Source: Alphaproteobacteria bacterium (lineage in GTDB: Bacteria; Pseudomonadota; Alphaproteobacteria; UBA828). From it: DNA of 64,000 nt. Location of the stretch: the NCBI GenBank assembly GCA_963422645.2, contig CAXXVO010000017.1:192001-256000 (forward strand), in the 5' to 3' direction. The first letter of the stretch is position 1, and each line of letters begins with the position of its first letter. Below the pieces are notes generated by a model that saw only the letters and a program-made list of their open reading frames with translations, ran no database searches and was not told where the DNA came from. Shown piece by piece: positions 30,784 to 40,291 of the stretch. Made by a program: the position numbers and the translations under genes.

Positions 30784-32001
30784 ATGTGGCGGCGCCGGGT
30801 TGCGTTGCTGGCTCTCAGTAGCTTGCTCACGGCGGCTGCCGCCGCCGGGACGTTGGCCGCGCCGGCGGTCACGGACGTTCGGGTCGGCCAGTACGCCGAC
30901 ATGACCCGGCTGGTCGTGGACCTCACCGAGCCGGTGGAGTTCAGTGTTTTTTCCCTGGCGAATCCCGCCCGCGTGGTGATCGATCTGACGGCGGTGAGCT
31001 GGGGCGTGGGGGAGCGAGTCCAAGCCATCGATCGCGGCGGCGTGGCGCAGTTACGCTTCGGTCAGTTCCGGCCAGACGTTGCCCGCATCGTGCTCGATCT
31101 CGACCAACCGCTGGCCGTGCGGCGGGCAGAGCTGCTGAAGCAGGAGGCGGATGCCCCGGTTGCCCACCGGCTGATCCTGGATCTCGCTCCGGTACCGCAG
31201 TCGGCGTTTCGGGCCACCATCCCTTCGTCTCGCCTTTCGGAGCCGGCCACGCAGGCACGACGGACCGCCCCGACAGAGCCCGTGCCGCTGCCGCAGTTCA
31301 AGCCGGCGCCCAAGCGCGTGCACTATCTGATCGCGATCGACGCCGGTCACGGCGGCCGCGATCCCGGCGCAATCGCAAGCAGCGGTCTGCAGGAAAAGGT
31401 CCTCGCGCTGACCTTTGCGCGCGAGCTTCGGGCGGAGCTCGAGGCCTCCGGCCGATATCGAGCCGTGATGACCCGCGATGGCGACCATAAGGTCAGCCTG
31501 CATCGGCGGGTCGAAATCGCCCGCGACGCCGGCGCCGATCTCTTCCTCTCCATCCACCTCGACCGTTTGAGCAACCGCGAGGTGCGCGGTGCGTCGGTCT
31601 ACACGCTCTCGGACGAGGCGTCGGACGTCGAGACCGCCGAGCTCGCAGCGCGCGAGAACAAGGCGGACATCGTTGCCGACGTCGATCTCTCCGAGGGCTA
31701 CGACGAAGAGGTGGCCAAGGTGCTGATTTCGATGGTTCAACAGAACACGATGAACTGTTCGGCGGTGCTGGCGGCGACGCTGCTGCCGGAGCTCGGTCGC
31801 GTTGCGCCGCTGATCAGCCGCCCGCATCGCTTCGGCGACTTCCGCGTCCTCAAGGCGCCGGACATTCCCTCGGTGCTGGTCGAGCTCGGGTTCCTCTCCA
31901 ACGATCAGGACGCGGAACGGCTGCGGAGCGACGGTCACCGGTGCATCCTGGCAGGTGCAATCGTCGAGGCGCTCGACACCTATTTTCGCGAGCCCTGCTA
32001 A
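30784..32001 (+). CDS. amiC: N-acetylmuramoyl-L-alanine amidase (AMIN + Amidase_3)
   Basis: IDAGHGGRDPGA, LSIH, SVLVELGFLSN; upstream of PBP1A. Confidence 0.88.
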   Translation: MWRRRVALLALSSLLTAAAAAGTLAAPAVTDVRVGQYADMTRLVVDLTEPVEFSVFSLANPARVVIDLTAVSWGVGERVQAIDRGGVAQLRFGQFRPDVARIVLDLDQPLAVRRAELLKQEADAPVAHRLILDLAPVPQSAFRATIPSSRLSEPATQARRTAPTEPVPLPQFKPAPKRVHYLIAIDAGHGGRDPGAIASSGLQEKVLALTFARELRAELEASGRYRAVMTRDGDHKVSLHRRVEIARDAGADLFLSIHLDRLSNREVRGASVYTLSDEASDVETAELAARENKADIVADVDLSEGYDEEVAKVLISMVQQNTMNCSAVLAATLLPELGRVAPLISRPHRFGDFRVLKAPDIPSVLVELGFLSNDQDAERLRSDGHRCILAGAIVEALDTYFREPC

Positions 32002-32121
32002 CCCTGCCGCAGTCTCGCCCCATTCCTGCTCTTCGATAGGCGAGTGAGCCCGGCCCTGCGTCCGCGATTGATGCTACGCTGAGGCACACGCGACTCCACT
32101 AACCGTCCGGGCCGCTTAGGG

Positions 32122-34533
32122 ATGAAGATCGCCGGCATCGTCCTCGGCAGCCTCGTGCTTCTTGCCGCCCTCGCCGGCGGTGCCATCGCGTTCGTGTTCT
32201 TTCATTACGGCCGGGACCTGCCCGATCACAACCAGCTCGCGGCCTACGAGCCGCCGGTGATGACCCGCGTTCACGCCGGCGACGGGCGGCTGCTCGCCGA
32301 GCACGCCCGCGAGAAACGGCTGTTCGTGCCCGTTGGCGCCATGCCGCGGCGGGTGGTTCAGGCCTTCCTCGCGGCCGAGGACAAGGCGTTCTACGAGCAC
32401 TTCGGGGTCGATCCCATAAGCGTGGCGAACGCCGTGGTCACCAACCTCGTCAACATGGCCGGCAACGGCGACCGCCGGCCGATCGGCGCATCCACGGTCA
32501 CCCAGCAGGTGGCGAAGAACTTCCTGCTCTCGGGCGAGCTCTCCTTCTCGCGCAAGATCAAGGAGGCCATCCTCGCCATGAGGATCGAGGACGCCTTCAC
32601 CAAGGACCAGATTCTCGAGCTCTACCTCAACGAGATTTATCTGGGCGCCGGCTCCTACGGAGTGGCAGCAGCGGCGCTAAACTATTTCGACCGCTCCCTC
32701 AACGACCTTTCGCTCGCGGAGATCGCCTATCTGGCAGCCCTGCCCAAGGCGCCCAACAACTATCACCCCATACGCAAGCGCAAAGCCGCCGTGGCCCGGC
32801 GCAACTGGGTGCTGGGCCATATGGTCGCGAACGGCGCGGTAAGCGAAGCCGAGGCGGAGGCAGCGATGCAGGCGCCGCTCCGCACCCGAGATCGGGCGCC
32901 CGAGACCTTCGTCGAGGCGCCGCATTTCGCCGAGGAGGTGCGGCGCTGGCTGCAGGCGCGCTACGGCGACGACACGCTCTACGAAGGCGGCCTCTCGGTC
33001 CGCACGACGGTCGACCCTGCGCTCCAGGCGGTCGCCGACCGGGCGCTGCGAGGCGGCCTCGTCGCCTATGACCAACGCCGCGGCTGGCGCGGACCGCTCG
33101 CGCAGATCGACCCGGCGGGCGATTGGCGGCAGGCGCTCGCGGCCGAGGAGCTTTCGCCGGTGCCGGCGCCTTGGCGCCTCGCGGCGGTGTTGGCTGTGGA
33201 GGCGGCCCGCGCGGAAATAGGCTTCGCCGACGGTGCCGTGGGCGCCATCGCGCTCGATGACCTCAGGTGGGCGCGCAAGGCACGGGGGAAGGGACGGCTC
33301 GGGCCGGAGGTTACTGCCGCGCACCAGGTGTTGAGCGCCGGCGACGTGGTGCCGGTCGAGCCGCTGGACGGCCGCGACGGCGCCTACGCGCTTCGCCAGA
33401 TTCCTGCGGCTTCGGGCGCCCTGGTGGCGCTGGATCCGCACACCGGGCGGGTGCTGGCGCTGGTCGGCGGCTTCGACTTCGCCACCAGCGAGTTCGATCG
33501 CGCGACTCAGGCGAGGCGCCAGCCGGGCTCCGCCTTCAAGCCCTTCGTCTACCTGGCGGCACTTGATCACGGCTACACGCCGGCCTCCATCGTGCTCGAC
33601 GCGCCGGTGGTGATCGACCAGGGCGAGCACCTGCGCAAGTGGAAGCCCGAGAACTACACCCAGCGCTTCTATGGCCCCAGCACGCTCAGGGTGGGCCTCG
33701 AGGAATCGCGCAACCTGATGACGCTCCGCGTCGCTCAGGACATCGGTATGAAGACCGTGGCCGACTACGCCGCGCGCTTCGGGCTCTACCAGGACTTGCC
33801 CGAGATGCCGTCAGCCGCGCTGGGCTCGATGGAGACGACGCCGCTCGACCTGGCCGCTGCCTACGCGATGCTGGTCAACGGCGGGCGCAAGATCGAGCCG
33901 GCCTTCGTCGAGCGGATTCAGGACCGCAACGGTCACACGGTCTACCGGCGCGACGCGCGCGAGTGTGACCGCTGCCGGCCCGGCGAATGGCATCACCAGC
34001 TGCCGCCCATCCTTCGCGACACGCGCCCTGTGATCGCCGATCCGCGCACCACCTACCAGGTCGTCTCGATGCTGGAGGGCGCGGTGCAGCGCGGCACCGG
34101 CCGCGCGCTCCGCGAGCTGGGCGCGCCCATCGGCGGCAAGACGGGCACCACCAACGAGTTCCGCGATGCCTGGTTCGTCGGTTTCACCCCCGACCTGGTC
34201 GCCGCCGCCTACGTCGGCTTCGACCAGCCGCAATCGCTGGGGCGCAGGGAGTCCGGCGGTCGCGTGGCGGCGCCGATCGTGCGGGATTTCTTCGCCGGCG
34301 CCTTGGCCGACAAGCCGGCCGTTCCCTTCCGGGTTCCCCCGGGAATCCGCTTCGTGCGGGTCGAACGCGGTTCCGGCGCGCTGCCCGGCCCCGCCAGCGA
34401 CGACGTGATCGTGGAAGCGTTTCTGCCCGGCACCGAACCGACGCAGCGGGCGGTACTGCGGGCAGCCGACAGCTCGGATGGCGGGCTCGAAGCCGGCGCG
34501 GTTCCGTTCGAGGGGCTGGGCGCCGTATATTGA
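32122..34533 (+). CDS. mrcA: Penicillin-binding protein 1A
   Basis: EDKAFYEH, GASTVTQQVAKN, SAFK, SRN, KTGT. Confidence 0.95.
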   Translation: MKIAGIVLGSLVLLAALAGGAIAFVFFHYGRDLPDHNQLAAYEPPVMTRVHAGDGRLLAEHAREKRLFVPVGAMPRRVVQAFLAAEDKAFYEHFGVDPISVANAVVTNLVNMAGNGDRRPIGASTVTQQVAKNFLLSGELSFSRKIKEAILAMRIEDAFTKDQILELYLNEIYLGAGSYGVAAAALNYFDRSLNDLSLAEIAYLAALPKAPNNYHPIRKRKAAVARRNWVLGHMVANGAVSEAEAEAAMQAPLRTRDRAPETFVEAPHFAEEVRRWLQARYGDDTLYEGGLSVRTTVDPALQAVADRALRGGLVAYDQRRGWRGPLAQIDPAGDWRQALAAEELSPVPAPWRLAAVLAVEAARAEIGFADGAVGAIALDDLRWARKARGKGRLGPEVTAAHQVLSAGDVVPVEPLDGRDGAYALRQIPAASGALVALDPHTGRVLALVGGFDFATSEFDRATQARRQPGSAFKPFVYLAALDHGYTPASIVLDAPVVIDQGEHLRKWKPENYTQRFYGPSTLRVGLEESRNLMTLRVAQDIGMKTVADYAARFGLYQDLPEMPSAALGSMETTPLDLAAAYAMLVNGGRKIEPAFVERIQDRNGHTVYRRDARECDRCRPGEWHHQLPPILRDTRPVIADPRTTYQVVSMLEGAVQRGTGRALRELGAPIGGKTGTTNEFRDAWFVGFTPDLVAAAYVGFDQPQSLGRRESGGRVAAPIVRDFFAGALADKPAVPFRVPPGIRFVRVERGSGALPGPASDDVIVEAFLPGTEPTQRAVLRAADSSDGGLEAGAVPFEGLGAVY

Positions 34534-34557
34534 GCGTCCACCGGAAGGGCCCTGTCG

Positions 34558-35683
34558 ATGCGTGCTGAAATCCTGTCGCTTGCCGATGACATCAAGCAGT
34601 CGCTGACGCTGCTGAGGAGGCACCTTTGACCTCGACGGTGCTCGAGACCGCCTGGAGGCGCTGAACCGCAAGGCGGAGGACCCGGATCTCTGGGCCGATG
34701 CCAAGCGCGCCCGCGCGGTGATGCAGGAACGCACCCGGCTCGATGCGGCGGTCGCCACTTACCAGCGGCTGGAGCAGGAGCTTGAGGACGGCCTCGCGCT
34801 CGCCGAGCTTGCGGAGGAGGAGTCCGACGAGGAGGCCTACGGCGAGGCGGAGGCCGCACTTGCGGCGACCCGCGAGGAGGCGAAGCGGCGCGAACTGGAA
34901 AGCCTGCTCTCGGGCGAGGCGGACGGCAACGACGGCTTCCTCGAGGTTCATGCCGGCGCTGGCGGTACCGAATCGCAGGACTGGGCGGAGATGCTGCTAC
35001 GCATGTACATCCGCTGGGCGGAGCAGCGCGGCTACAAGGTCGAGTGGATCGAGGAGAGCCCCGGCGAGGAAGCCGGAATCAAGTCGGCGGTCATCAAGGT
35101 CTCGGGCGAGAGCGCCTACGGCTGGCTCAAGACCGAGAGCGGCGTGCACCGTCTGGTCCGCATCTCTCCCTTCGACGCGGGCGCCAGGCGCCATACCAGC
35201 TTCGCCTCGGTCTGGGTCTACCCCGTGGTGGACGAAACCATCGAGATCGAGATCGTCGAGAAGGACCTGCGGATCGACACTTACCGCGCCTCGGGCGCCG
35301 GCGGGCAGCACGTCAACCGGACAGACAGCGCGGTCCGCATCACCCACCTGCCGACCAACATCGTCGTCCAGTGCCAGGCTGAGCGCTCGCAGCACCGCAA
35401 CAAGGCGGAGGCCATGTCGATGCTCCGTGCCCGCCTCTACGAGCGCGCGCTGCAGGAGCGTGAGAGCGAGGCACAGGCGCTCGCCGAGCAGAAGAGCGAC
35501 ATCGGCTGGGGCCACCAGATCCGCTCCTACGTGCTGCAGCCTTACCGCATGGTGAAGGACGTGCGCACCGGGATCGAAAGCAGCAACCCCGACGCCGTGC
35601 TCGACGGGGGAATCGACCAGTTCTTGGCCGCATCGCTCGCGGCCCGCATCGGCGCCCCGGCGGAAAAAGCCGCCAAGAAATAA
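34558..35683 (+). CDS. prfB: Peptide chain release factor 2 with programmed +1 frameshift
   Basis: ATG at 34558; AGGAGG-CAC-CTT-TGA-C at 34615-34630; SPF and GGQ motifs in the +1 frame. Confidence 0.96.
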
Positions 35684-35730
35684 GTGTCAGAGCGCGCTTT
35701 CGCCGGCAGTGCCTCAGTAGGACGATGATA

Positions 35731-35791
35731 AGGGCCGAGCCGCGAAGCAGCTCGGAGCGCGCGCCCGGCGCCTGAGGGAAATGAATAAGTA
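35731..35791. repeat. Structured intergenic repeat, copy A
   Basis: About 60-bp similarity to 55461-55521; hairpin followed by GCCTGAGGGNAATGAATAA. Confidence 0.7.
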
Positions 35792-35819
35792 GCGAGAAAC
35801 TCAGAGTGCGATAAGGGCG

Positions 35820-36893
35820 TTACCGCGAAGCACCCCGATCTTCTGCCAAGGCGCGCTCGATGGCGGGCCTGATCTCGCTGGCGAAGGCCCGAATGGTCCG
35901 CTCGGCCTGCGTCATGGTGGAGCCCGCGGCCTGGATGTTCAGCATCATGTGGCTCGCGCCTGAGGCGCGGATGTCGGCGGTGAGCCGTGCCGCGACCGTG
36001 GCGGCGTCGCCCACCGGCAGGCTCGCCGCCATCTCCTCCAACGGCGGCTCGCCGGAGAACGGGCGTTCGACGAGCATGCCGCCGTCCATCGCCTCCTGCC
36101 GGTTGCGCAGCGCGGCGGCAAAGCGCATCTGCTGGCGGGCGTTGACCAGGTAGTCCAACGTCTCCTCATCGCTCTCGGTCACGCAAACGAAGCGCAGGAT
36201 CCCGAGTTCGTGCGTCTCCCCGCCAAGGCCCTCGGCGGCGTAGGACGCATCGATGCGCTCCCGTTGCTCGGCCAGGTAGTCGGCGCCGAACCAGCGGCCG
36301 GTGATGATCGGCACGAAACCGCGCCGCGCCGCCAGCTTGTGGGTCGACTCGGAATCACCTGCGATCCAGATCGGTGGCACGCCTTCCGGCGGGCGCGTAC
36401 TGATGCTGGTCTCCGGCAGCGCGGTGAATTCGCCGTCGAAGCTGAAGGTCTCGCCCGCATACGCCCGGTCCATGAGCGCGAGGAACTCATCAAGCCGCGC
36501 CTTGGAATCGCCCAGATCGGCGCCGAAGCGCTCGAACTCGTAGGGCTGGTAGCCGCTACCCAGCCCCAGCAGGAAGCGATCCTCGCCCAGCAGCGCCTGG
36601 GTCATGCCGATCTCGGCGAGCAGCCGCACCGGGTGATAGAGCGGCACCACGATCACCGCCGGGCCGAGCTTGATCCGCGTGGTCAGGCCGGCGCAGTGAT
36701 TGACCATGACCAGGGGCGAGGGGCAGACGCAGTAGTTGGAGAAATGATGCTCGGCGAACCAGGCGGCTTCGAAGCCCGCCTCCTCGGCCCACTGCACCAT
36801 CTGCACCGCGTTGCCGAGCACCTCGGAGATCGCGCTTCCGCGGTCCCGATAGCCCATGAGACAGAACAAGCCGAAGCTGACCATGTCACTCAC
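35820..36893 (-). CDS. LLM-class flavin-dependent oxidoreductase
   Basis: AWFAEHHF, PLYHPVRLLAE, GSGYQPYEF. Confidence 0.9.
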   Translation of the reverse strand: MSDMVSFGLFCLMGYRDRGSAISEVLGNAVQMVQWAEEAGFEAAWFAEHHFSNYCVCPSPLVMVNHCAGLTTRIKLGPAVIVVPLYHPVRLLAEIGMTQALLGEDRFLLGLGSGYQPYEFERFGADLGDSKARLDEFLALMDRAYAGETFSFDGEFTALPETSISTRPPEGVPPIWIAGDSESTHKLAARRGFVPIITGRWFGADYLAEQRERIDASYAAEGLGGETHELGILRFVCVTESDEETLDYLVNARQQMRFAAALRNRQEAMDGGMLVERPFSGEPPLEEMAASLPVGDAATVAARLTADIRASGASHMMLNIQAAGSTMTQAERTIRAFASEIRPAIERALAEDRGASR

Positions 36894-36968
36894 CGATTGC
36901 AGGGGGGACGCTTGCGCCCGCGCGCCGGGGTAGCGGGATTGTAGCGCATGGCGCGCGTCGCAGCGTTC

Positions 36969-38219
36969 TCAGCCTCGCCGAACCTTCGTCAGGGCGGCGG
37001 CCACCACGCCTAGCAGCAGCAGCGCCGCGATCAGCCACATCACCGCGCGGGGGTCACCGTGATCGAGCAAGAGTCCCACGACCAGCGGCGCGACCGCGGC
37101 ACCCGTATCGAGGCCCGAATAGACGAAGCCGAACACCCTGCCCCTGGCATCGGCCGCCGCGGTCTCGCGCACCAGCATGTCGCGGGACGGAAAGGTGAGG
37201 CCGACCAGGATGCCCGCAAGCGCGAAGGGGACTCCCAGAAGCGCGGCCGGGAAGAGGCCGAAGCTGATGGCGACGAAGAACGCAGCCGCCGACACAAGGC
37301 CCGCGCCGATGACGAGCTGATGCCCCGAGTCCGTGCGCTCGGCCAGGAAGCCGCCGAGCAGCACGCCCCCCGATGCGCCGAAGAGGAACACCGAAAGCAG
37401 CGGCGCGCCCTCGGCAATCGGCAGGCCGTAGAGCTGGTCCATCAGCGCCGGGAAAAACGACTGCAAGCCGATGGTGGCGCCGCTCAGGAAGATGAAGAAG
37501 GCGAAGCAGAGCAGAACCGGAACCGGGATGAGCGGCGCGACACCCTGCCTCAGGGCGGCGAGCCAACCGCGCCCGTCCGCGACCGCCGCCCGGTCGTCAC
37601 CGACGCGCGGGCGGGGCACCGCCGGCGTCTCGTCCCGTGCGTCGAGGAACAGGTGCCGGTTGAACAGCAGCGCCAGGAGCAGGATCAGCCCGCCCGCGCC
37701 GGCGATCATCAAGGCGGAACGCCAGCCGAGCTCCAACGCGAGCCCCACCATGACGATGGGCGCAAGCGCGTAGCCGAGATTGCCGCCGAGCGTATGAAAG
37801 CCGTAAGCGCGCCCGTGGCGGGTGCGGCGGATGCTCGCGGTGAGGATCGAGAGATCGGCCGGGTGGAACACGCTGTTGCCGAGCCCCGCGAGCGCGGCGA
37901 GCGGGAACAGCATCCAGAACGCGGGTGCGAGACCCATCAGCACGATCGCGATGCAAAGCAGCGCAAGCCCGCTCAGCAGCACCACGCGCGCCGGGAAGCG
38001 GTCCACCAGGAAGCCCGCTCCAGTCTGCGCGATGCCGGAGGACACGTAGAACACGGTCATCAGCGTGCCGAGCTCGGTGTAGCTGACCGCGAACGCTTCC
38101 TTGAGGTGCGGAAAGAGCGGCGGCAGAGCGAGCTGGTAGAAGTGGCTCGCGCCGTGGGCGAGTGCGATCAGCCCCATGACGCGGGCCTGCCCGCGGCCGG
38201 ACGCCTCCTCAACAGCCAT
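36969..38219 (-). CDS. MFS transporter (Fsr-like)
   Basis: About 12 hydrophobic segments; GFLVDRF, GNSVFHP. Confidence 0.9.
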   Translation of the reverse strand: MAVEEASGRGQARVMGLIALAHGASHFYQLALPPLFPHLKEAFAVSYTELGTLMTVFYVSSGIAQTGAGFLVDRFPARVVLLSGLALLCIAIVLMGLAPAFWMLFPLAALAGLGNSVFHPADLSILTASIRRTRHGRAYGFHTLGGNLGYALAPIVMVGLALELGWRSALMIAGAGGLILLLALLFNRHLFLDARDETPAVPRPRVGDDRAAVADGRGWLAALRQGVAPLIPVPVLLCFAFFIFLSGATIGLQSFFPALMDQLYGLPIAEGAPLLSVFLFGASGGVLLGGFLAERTDSGHQLVIGAGLVSAAAFFVAISFGLFPAALLGVPFALAGILVGLTFPSRDMLVRETAAADARGRVFGFVYSGLDTGAAVAPLVVGLLLDHGDPRAVMWLIAALLLLGVVAAALTKVRRG

Positions 38220-38352
38220 CGCGTCTCGTCCCGGAGGGGCGCCGCTCCCATAGCGGCACCGGGTGGCGCGCGAGAGTACGCTGGGGGCGCCCAAGGCAGC
38301 AACGAATCAGACGTGAAAGCGCTCTCTTGTCGCCACCAATCCCAAATTGTGC

Positions 38353-38380
38353 TTGACATAGGAGTAGGAATAGGTAGAGT
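38353..38380 (+). promoter_or_regulatory. Probable sigma70 promoter of the TA operon, overlapped by TAGG repeats
   Basis: TTGACA-N16-TAGAGT; TAGG repeated three times with 6-bp period in the spacer. Confidence 0.5.
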
Positions 38381-38421
38381 GAGCATTCTTAATACATTCA
38401 AACCTTACAGGAGCAACTCCA

Positions 38422-38844
38422 ATGTCAAAATACGAACCCTTGGAAACCTACCTGCGTGAGTCGGGGCGGGAGGTGATCTCAATGACGTTTGGCGATATCG
38501 AGAGGGTGATTTGCGCGGACCTGCCGCCCTCGGCCTTCAAGCATCGGCCGTGGTGGTCGAATAATCCCTCGAATAGTTCAATCACTCATTCCTGGCTCAA
38601 TGCAGGATATAAGACGGAGAATGTGGACATGGCCGGAAAGAACTTGGTGTTTCGCAAGGCCGCGCAATACGGGCCGGCGTCCAGGTCCGGTAGCGGGGAG
38701 CTTCGGGATCTGGCGGCAACCCCCCCCGTTGCCCAGGCCGAGTCTTTCACCCTCGTCTTCGGTGCGCTCAAGGGCACGGTGACGTTGAAGCCGGGGACTG
38801 ACCTCACCGAGCCGGTCGAGGCAGATTGGGAAGCCGGTCGGTAG
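38422..38844 (+). CDS. Putative antitoxin: uncharacterised N-terminal domain (DUF7662-like) plus VapB-like tail
   Basis: SKYEPL..MTFGDIE..LPPSA..WWSN; C-terminus FGALKGTVTLKPGTDLTEP; AGGAG RBS; ends 6 bp upstream of the PIN gene. Confidence 0.7.
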   Translation: MSKYEPLETYLRESGREVISMTFGDIERVICADLPPSAFKHRPWWSNNPSNSSITHSWLNAGYKTENVDMAGKNLVFRKAAQYGPASRSGSGELRDLAATPPVAQAESFTLVFGALKGTVTLKPGTDLTEPVEADWEAGR

Positions 38845-38850
38845 CCCGCG

Positions 38851-39264
38851 ATGCCCGTCTACCTGCTCGACACCTGCGCGCTCATCTGGATCGCAAACGG
38901 CGATCCGCTGCAGGAGCCGGCCGCGAGCGCCTTGCGGGAGGCATACGCGGATGGCGGGGGCCTCGCCGTCTCCCCCATGACAGCGTGGGAAACCGCCATG
39001 CTCGTGGCGAAGAACAAGATTGCGCTCTCGATGGACCCCGAAGCCTGGTTCGACCGTGTCCTCGCTCTGCCGGGGGTGGCACTCGCGGCGCTGCCGCCCC
39101 CGGTGCTGATCCAATCGTGCGCCCTTCCCGGCGCACCGCCCGCCGATCCGGTGGACCGAATTCTCGCCGCGACGGCGCGGGCCTTCGGCCACACCCTGGT
39201 GACCCGCGACCGCCACCTGCTTGCCTACGGCGTGGAGGGGCACGTGCGGGTCATGGGGTGCTGA
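38851..39264 (+). CDS. vapC: VapC-family PIN toxin
   Basis: YLLDTCALIW, SPMTAWE, DPVDRILAATA, LVTRD. Confidence 0.9.
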   Translation: MPVYLLDTCALIWIANGDPLQEPAASALREAYADGGGLAVSPMTAWETAMLVAKNKIALSMDPEAWFDRVLALPGVALAALPPPVLIQSCALPGAPPADPVDRILAATARAFGHTLVTRDRHLLAYGVEGHVRVMGC

Positions 39265-39386
39265 CGCGCGGCCACGCAGACTCCGCGCACGTACATTCGG
39301 GCGTATAGTTGCCGGGTCCCGGCTCCACTCCCGACCGGCGTTGCGCCGGCGGGCGGGGAGCGTCAGAAGGCAGAGGGAGGCGGGAG

Positions 39387-40289
39387 ATGGTCAAGATCGA
39401 ATGCGTGGTGGAGGCCAACAACTATCTCGGCGAAGGGCCGGTCTGGGACCCGGTGGAGGGCGTCCTCTACTGGGTGGACATGCTGGACAAGGAGGTCTGG
39501 CGCCTCGACCCCCGCACTGGCAAGACCCGCACCTGGACCCTGCCCAAGACCGTGGGCGCGTTCGCGCTCCGGGAGCAGGGCGGCGGCGTGCTGACCATGC
39601 GGGATGGCTTCTACTTCATGGACCTCGACAGCGGCGAGACCGAGCTGATCGCCCTGATCGATGCCGACGAGGCGCGCACACTCTTCAACGACGGCAAGGT
39701 AGACCGCCGCGGCCGCTTCTTCGCCGGCGGCGAGGACGAGATCTCGGAATCGCCGATCTGCGGCCTCTTCAGGCTCGACCCCGACCTCACCGTGCACGAG
39801 CTGGAGCGCGGCATCATCTGCAACAACGGGCCGAGCTGGAGCCCCGACAACAAGACCTTCTATCACACCGATTCCTACATGCAGGAGATCTACGCCTACG
39901 CCTACGACATCGAGACCGGCGCAATCTCCAACAAGCGGGTCTTCGCCAACACCCACGACGAGCCCGGCATTCCCGACGGCTCGACCATCGATGCCGAGGG
40001 ATATCTCTGGAACGCGCAGATCGTCTCCGGCCAGCTCGTGCGCTACGCGCCGGACGGCACCGTGGACCGCCGCGTGCCGGTGCAGACCAAGACCATCACC
40101 AGCATCATGTTCGGTGGCGACAACCTGGACGTGGCCTATCTCACCTCGATGGGCCGCACGGATTTCCTGGGCCCCGAGGCCCAGAAAATCTTCGGCGAGG
40201 CCTCCAAGCCGCAGCCCCACGGCGGCGGCATCCTCGCGGTCTCAGGCCTCGGCGTGCAGGGCCTGCCCGAGCCCCGCTTCGGCGGCTAA
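39387..40289 (+). CDS. SMP-30/gluconolactonase family protein
   Basis: LGEGPVWD, FNDGKVD, NGPSWSPD, PDGSTIDAEG. Confidence 0.93.
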   Translation: MVKIECVVEANNYLGEGPVWDPVEGVLYWVDMLDKEVWRLDPRTGKTRTWTLPKTVGAFALREQGGGVLTMRDGFYFMDLDSGETELIALIDADEARTLFNDGKVDRRGRFFAGGEDEISESPICGLFRLDPDLTVHELERGIICNNGPSWSPDNKTFYHTDSYMQEIYAYAYDIETGAISNKRVFANTHDEPGIPDGSTIDAEGYLWNAQIVSGQLVRYAPDGTVDRRVPVQTKTITSIMFGGDNLDVAYLTSMGRTDFLGPEAQKIFGEASKPQPHGGGILAVSGLGVQGLPEPRFGG

Positions 40290-40291
40290 TT

